From Zootoca vivipara (lineage: Eukaryota): DNA of 64,000 nucleotides. The notes under the pieces are model-generated. The model searched no databases. It was not told the DNA's origin and saw nothing but the letters and a program-made list of their open reading frames with translations. This document shows, piece after piece, positions 58,675 to 64,000 of this stretch. The position numbers and the translations under genes are program-made. The first letter of the stretch is position 1, and each line of letters opens with the position of its first letter. The stretch lies in contig NC_083288.1 in NCBI RefSeq assembly GCF_963506605.1, positions 29,264,001 through 29,328,000 on the forward strand, given 5' to 3'.

Positions 58675-59830
58675 GTTCACTGCAAAAAATCTTTTGTAAC
58701 TGAGGTAGGTCACAAAATATTGTCCTATGAGTTTGGTCTCACAGAAATTTAGCATGAAACTGAAACTGGATTGTGTGTGGAGGTCCCCAAAACCACCCCT
58801 CAAATAACTCACACCATAGACAGAATTTTTGTTTAATGGTTTTTGGCATGAGTTTGGCCACATTTATTGAAATACAAATATAAAATAAGTGAGTGGTTGC
58901 GTAGGCATTGGTTCTCCAACTGTCACCTAAGGACAGAAATAAACTTGCCTTGTCAACAAGAGGAAACCCTACAGGGAGAGACAGGGAGTCGGGTCCAATA
59001 GGCTCTCCCCTCAGGCTCCCAGGGGCTCATGCGCGTTGCTGGCCCCCGACCGGGGTTATGGACACTGCATAGAGCCCCTGTATTCCTGACCAGAATCTCC
59101 CCTAACTCAGGCATTGATTCTCCAGCCGTTCCCTAAGGACAGAACTAAACTAGCCTTGTCAAAAGGGGAAACCCTACAGGGAGAGTCAGGGAGCTCCCCT
59201 CTCCCCTCAGGCTCCCAGAGGCTCTCACGCGGCCCTGGCCCTCAACCGAGGGGGTTACAGACTTGCATCGAGCCCCTGACTACCTGACCGGAATTTCCCC
59301 ATCTCAGGCATTAACTTTTGGGGCCAACACAGTCAACAAGACCCCTAATACAACCACAATAACCAATGCCTAACCGCCAACCTTATAAGTTGTGACTATT
59401 TGCTGTGCAGTAGGCAAAACCCAGATGGCACCAGCTAATCAGCCAAATGGAAAAATTCCTACCAGGCCCCTGAATACAGGCGACCCCATGAGAGGCACAG
59501 CAATGTCAACACAGATGCCTAAAAACAGCAGAGGGAGGGTGTGGATCCGAAAATGCAGCCAAATAGAAAGAGAAACCTCTCTCTCTGGCTTTTATACCCA
59601 AGGGGCTGACCCATCAACATTGCTACATACAGATTTGCCCAACAACAGCCAGGGACCTATCCCACAGTGACCACTCATGCCCCCACCTTTGTAACCCAGG
59701 AGTGGTTTGTTAAGCCCCCACCGCAAATCGTGCTCACCATGATGGTGAACCCGCATTGCAATGCTTCATGGATAAGGTTGCATATCCAGGACACATCTAC
59801 CATTTGAATCCAGACACTCCAATTAATTTT
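58675..59830 (-). pseudogene. OR14-like TM4-EC2 remnant interrupted by an insertion
   Basis: INWSVWIQMVDVSWICNLIHEALQ (59828-59756) continues in frame as SSFSFMLNFCETKLIGQYF (from 58770). Confidence 0.8.
58771..59755 (-). mobile_element. Ngaro-type repeat remnant with an internal ~200-bp tandem duplication
   Basis: Minus strand GGGGCCTGGTAGGAATTTT..GGGTTTTGCCTAC; ends ACACAA; ATTG at both junctions; 58926-59130 is repeated at 59131-59310. Confidence 0.65.
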
Positions 59831-60182
59831 CCCTCTGGGAGGGCATCCATAGCTTCTTCACTACTGCCTGAAATAAGTCATACTTTGTATATTTACACTG
59901 TGGAAGGTTGATTCTCAAACAAGCCAGCTGACAAGGAGGAATAATCAATCTTGCTCAGATCAAATGATCAAAGAACACAAGGGTGCAAATTATCAGCACT
60001 GTTTGAGACTGAGGGATAGCAATCTTATTAATAGAGCAATGCTGGAAAAAGTGGCAGTCATGCTCTAGACTGATTCAGTGATATGCCATCATGGGCCAAG
60101 TCCAGGAAGAAAAGGATGATGAGTGAGCCTTAACATAGCCCGCCCAGTTCTGTCCCAATTGCTCTATCCAAAAAAGCATGAT

Positions 60183-61035
60183 TTGTGAGTCGAGGCCCTG
60201 CTCCCTGCTTTGAGATGAAATAAGACTCATGGAGACAAGTATTTTAGGTTGAATGGGCTAAAAAAAGCCACAAGGTTATTGGTTACAGAATGTGAGTGGT
60301 ATTGGCTTAGGCATTAGATCCGAAATAGACTATACTTGACTCCTGTATAGTCACACAAGGGAGTCACACAAGGGTTAACAACCTGCAGTGGGAGCTTGTT
60401 GGTGCAAATCAACTGGAAGCTTTCCCCTAGAGTCACCGGAGGGTCGTGCCATGGCCCTAGCCACCACCTGGGCATCGGACAGAAACCACAACCGCCAAAT
60501 TTCTTTAACGGAATACCCTTCAAGGGGAGGGGTAGGTGATGGCCACAACCTCCCCTCCAACACACAATGCATGTTCCAATGCCTAACAGCCGAACCTTAC
60601 AAAGTTGTGCTGATTTGCTACGAGGTAGGCGAAAAACCAAGTGGCTGGTGCCAATCTGCCAAGTGGAAAAAAAATTCCTACCAGGCCCCTTGGACAACCA
60701 AGGTGACCAGCTGAGGTCCATAGCAAGGTTAGGTGCTGAAGCGAAACCTAGAGGGAGGGAGGAAGGGAGGGAGGGAGGGAGATCTGAGGAAGCCAGAACA
60801 ACAAGGAAGAGCTCGTGGGCCCGCAACCATTTTAAAACCGCTAAACCAGGCCCCCAGATTGGCTGGCTGGGGTGCATGACGCGGGCCCAGGACTCCAGTG
60901 ATGTAGGGGGCCCTGCCACGCCCCCCTGCGAGCACGGGAAGTGATTCCTGCTCACAACCGCTCCCTTCCAGGAAGAGAGGAGGCTTTCTCATAATACGTT
61001 TTCCATTTAAACCCCATGGGGGAGCGGGGGATGAG
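60183..61035 (-). mobile_element. Ngaro-type repeat remnant (probable solo A-B unit)
   Basis: Shares TAACGGAATACCCTT with the Ngaro 3' region (~62908) and several blocks with 38967-39748; right boundary approximate. Confidence 0.7.
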
Positions 61036-61289
61036 GCCAGCTATGTGCCTGTGGATGGTGAAAATACTATTGATAGTATTTCTGGAATAATAATAAGTCA
61101 AGGTCCTTTCACTTATTCATTTCTACAACCAAAATATTCACAATGTTTCAAGAGAAAAGTCGAGTTTGGATTTAAAATTACAAAGAAAAGGGTTGCCATT
61201 TAAATTTAATTTATTTTAGGTAAAGGATGCCCAGTGAGATACTGTACAATGAAATACACTGGGGATTTATTTGGTCCTTTTGTATTTAT

Positions 61290-61690
61290 TTTGCTTGTAC
61301 ATTGTTGCAAAGAAAGCAGTTGAATGTGAAAGAACAACTGATAAGGGATGCAAAACTGAATTGTATTCTGTTGTCTGGTATGTGGGGGTGTTACATATGC
61401 ATTAGAATTTATAATAGGTCAAAATCTGCATTATAGGTCAAAATCTGCCAAAAGAGAAGATAATATTCATGTATGCTACAATGGTGGCTAGGATACTCCT
61501 AGCCCAAAAGTGGAAAAGTGACGAGATGCCAACTAAAGATAAACTCATGGATTACTGAAATGGCCAAATTGACTGAGAGATTAAGAGACAAAGGGAATAG
61601 ATACTTTAAAAAGGAGTGGGGACCATTTGTGATGTATTTACAAAAAATACTGTAATTTTAAAGAAATCAACTCACTAGCAGGATTTGATT
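61290..61690 (+). mobile_element. L1 ORF2 C-terminal / 3' fragment
   Basis: MYATMVARILLAQKWKSDEMPTK..EMAKLTERLRD..KEWGPF. Confidence 0.7.
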
Positions 61691-62394
61691 AACAATAAGA
61701 GTCTCTCTCTCTCTCTCCCCCCACACAGAGAATTTCCCAAAAAACCAGATGCATTTTCACACTTGCAGCCCAACACCTATTAACACTCGAGCAATACGGG
61801 TTTATTTGGTCACACCCCCTTCTCTGCTTCTGGGTGACACTGCTGCCGCCAGCGCAGGGTCCCTCTGCCACCGCTACTGCTGCAGCTTGGCCCAGTAGTG
61901 GCTGCCACAGCATTCCCTCACAGGGCCCAGGGCGGCTTGGGCAGGGTAAGGCCTTTTATACTGGGTAGCAGATTGCAGCCTGGTCCATTGTTTCTTTTTA
62001 TGGATCAATGGTCTCATTAGATAGTGAAATTCCTGTTAAATTGCTGTTTTAGTGGTTGTTTTTCATCGTCTGAAACGGATTAATCCATTTTCCATAACTT
62101 TCTATGGGAAAGCAAGACTTGGTTTAAGTATGCTTGAGTTTAAGAACGGAAATAAACAGTAAATTGCAAGAACTTGGGCCAGGAGGAAGATGAATTTCAA
62201 GAAAATCTTCAAAAGGTTTTATTTATGTAATGATGAATTCAAATAGGAATCAATTCCAGTATGATAGGCAAATAAAAATGAATTCCAGTGAAAAAATCCC
62301 AGGACAAGGCCCTGTTTCGACAATTCTTCATCAGCAATGTTTTAATGTTTTAATCAGCAAACATACTTGGTACACTCTGACCATTAAAAAATTG

Positions 62395-62775
62395 CTGATG
62401 AAGAAAGTGCTTTTGGCCTCATGTATGAAAACACAGCTGTGATGATGAATAAAGAAAATACAGTCAGGTGAGGAATGCAGGTAGAGAAAGTTTTATATCT
62501 GCCTTGGACTGATAGGATCCTCAGCACAGCAGAAAATATGTAGCCATAAGACGCAAAGATAAATGCAAAACAAAAAGAGTCAATAAAAAACCCAATGACA
62601 AAAATCAGAACTTGATTCATGTTTGTATCACTGCAAGAAATCTTTTGCAATTGAGAAATGTCACAAAAATATTGTCCAATGATATTGGTCCCACAGAAAT
62701 TTAGCACGAATGTAAAACTGGTTTCCAATACTGCATGAATCAGGTTGCTTATCCAGGAAGCAGCTACCATTTGCA
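62395..62775 (-). pseudogene. OR14-like TM4-TM6 fragment
   Basis: QMVAASWISNLIH..GQYFCDISQLQKISC..RYKTFSTCIPHLTVF..YMRPK; both ends missing. Confidence 0.9.
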
Positions 62776-64000
62776 GGAAGTCTGGAAGGGTAAACAACCA
62801 AACGAAGGAGCTCCATCGATGACAACCAACTGAAGCTCACCCCAGGGTTCCTGCTGGGTCATGGCAGCAAGCAGACTTTGGATGAGATCCAGACCTGCAG
62901 ATTCCTCTAACGGAATACCCTTGTACCTGGAGGGGAAACTGATGGCTGTACCTCTCTTCCACGACATCACAATAAGCCCATGCCCAAAGGCCACACGAGC
63001 CCCATGCTCGCTGCCAATACCTTCACACTTTCAATCTTCCAATCTTTCAAACCTCTAACGATCTTGTCCATCCACACATCATTTCCACCATCGGAAAGAA
63101 GCAAACCATCAGCCCGAAACAGGGCTCCCTCACTGAAGGGAATACCAGGGTGGTGTATCACTCTGCCACCCAGCGCCAACACCTTGTTTGACACTTCAGG
63201 GTCAACATGCTTTCTGGTTCTGTTGGCGGCAGCTGGGCATGAACTATTGCGCCAAACCTGATGCACCAGGAACTGCGACCAAAATATTGTGGTATCTAGG
63301 AGCGCTGCCGCCAGCTCATCCTAGTCCTTCTTAATGCAAGTCCTCAAGTTCATGCCCTTCAGCAGTGGCAAGTCATTTTCGCCCACCTGCACAACCAACG
63401 CAGAAGGCGGGCCCCAAGTGGCCACCCGAGCCTTCGCCAGCAGTAAAAATTCTTTCCAGCGCATCCCACGTTTGGACACCGATGAAATGTTGACTTGAGC
63501 AGGTATGCCGAGCTGGCGCCCCAAGCCAGATTCCACTGCTCACACACTGGGCCAATGCATGATGCTGTGACCCACGAACCACATGTGCAACTCCGGCATC
63601 ACTGAAACAAAGGAAAAGACAAAACATGTTAGGAGGTGGATTACATGCTACCGGTACTTGCTTTTCCGGATGTTTTCTTTATAGGCATTAGACCTCACCG
63701 GTCCAAGCTTTTTTTCCTGCCCACTGAAAGGCCCCAATGAACTGCTGTCGTAGCGATGCCAATCCTGAAAGAATGGGCAGTAAATTCCAGTGCTGGCAAG
63801 CCACAGGCCGTGATAGCCTTCCACACAACCCTGGTGAATAGATGCCTTGCTAAAGGGATTCCATCCTCATGAATCAAGAACGGGTGAACTCCAGGAGGCC
63901 TGATCTGTAAATACCTCCGGCTGTCTTTTACAGGGCAGGGACCTCCATATGCCGTTGCAGGCAAATTAAGCAGGGCCCCCTTATCCCCTTTGGTCTGAGT
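62776..64000 (-). mobile_element. Ngaro (DIRS-order) retrotransposon 3' part: tyrosine recombinase C-terminus, SGNH hydrolase and start of the 3' repeat; degraded, continues beyond the window
   Basis: YR motifs CPV..HEDG..HSFRIG.AT, with a frameshifted RSNAYK; hydrolase motifs WFVGHSI, GMRW, VGENDL and FRADGLLLS. Confidence 0.88.

Overview
Vertebrate genomic DNA, most likely a lacertid lizard (Sauria/Squam1 and Squam3 SINEs, BovB, L2, CR1, Penelope, Ngaro, Helitrons). It is a mixed chemoreceptor cluster. There are four intact single-exon olfactory receptor ORFs (4914-5852, 16534-17490 and 23111-24058 on +; 56831-57766 on -), one complete 6-exon V2R gene (7096-12949, ~876 aa), a V2R remnant and at least six OR pseudogenes or remnants. 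These sit among a near-intact full-length BovB, an L2, L1 fragments, an internally deleted Gypsy, a decayed Ngaro element with three probable solo repeat remnants, two non-autonomous Helitrons and many hAT MITEs. I found no evidence of a new enzymatic or defence system. The most unusual area is a rearrangement hotspot at 28.9-40.2 kb: an OR split between 245-bp direct repeats that one crossover could restore, an apparently perfect 1,123-bp inverted repeat, an OR reduced to its last 9 codons, and a Helitron with an atypical flanking duplication at a breakpoint. Family names come from motif recognition only; no database search was run. There are two N gaps (22708-22878, 56030-56231).
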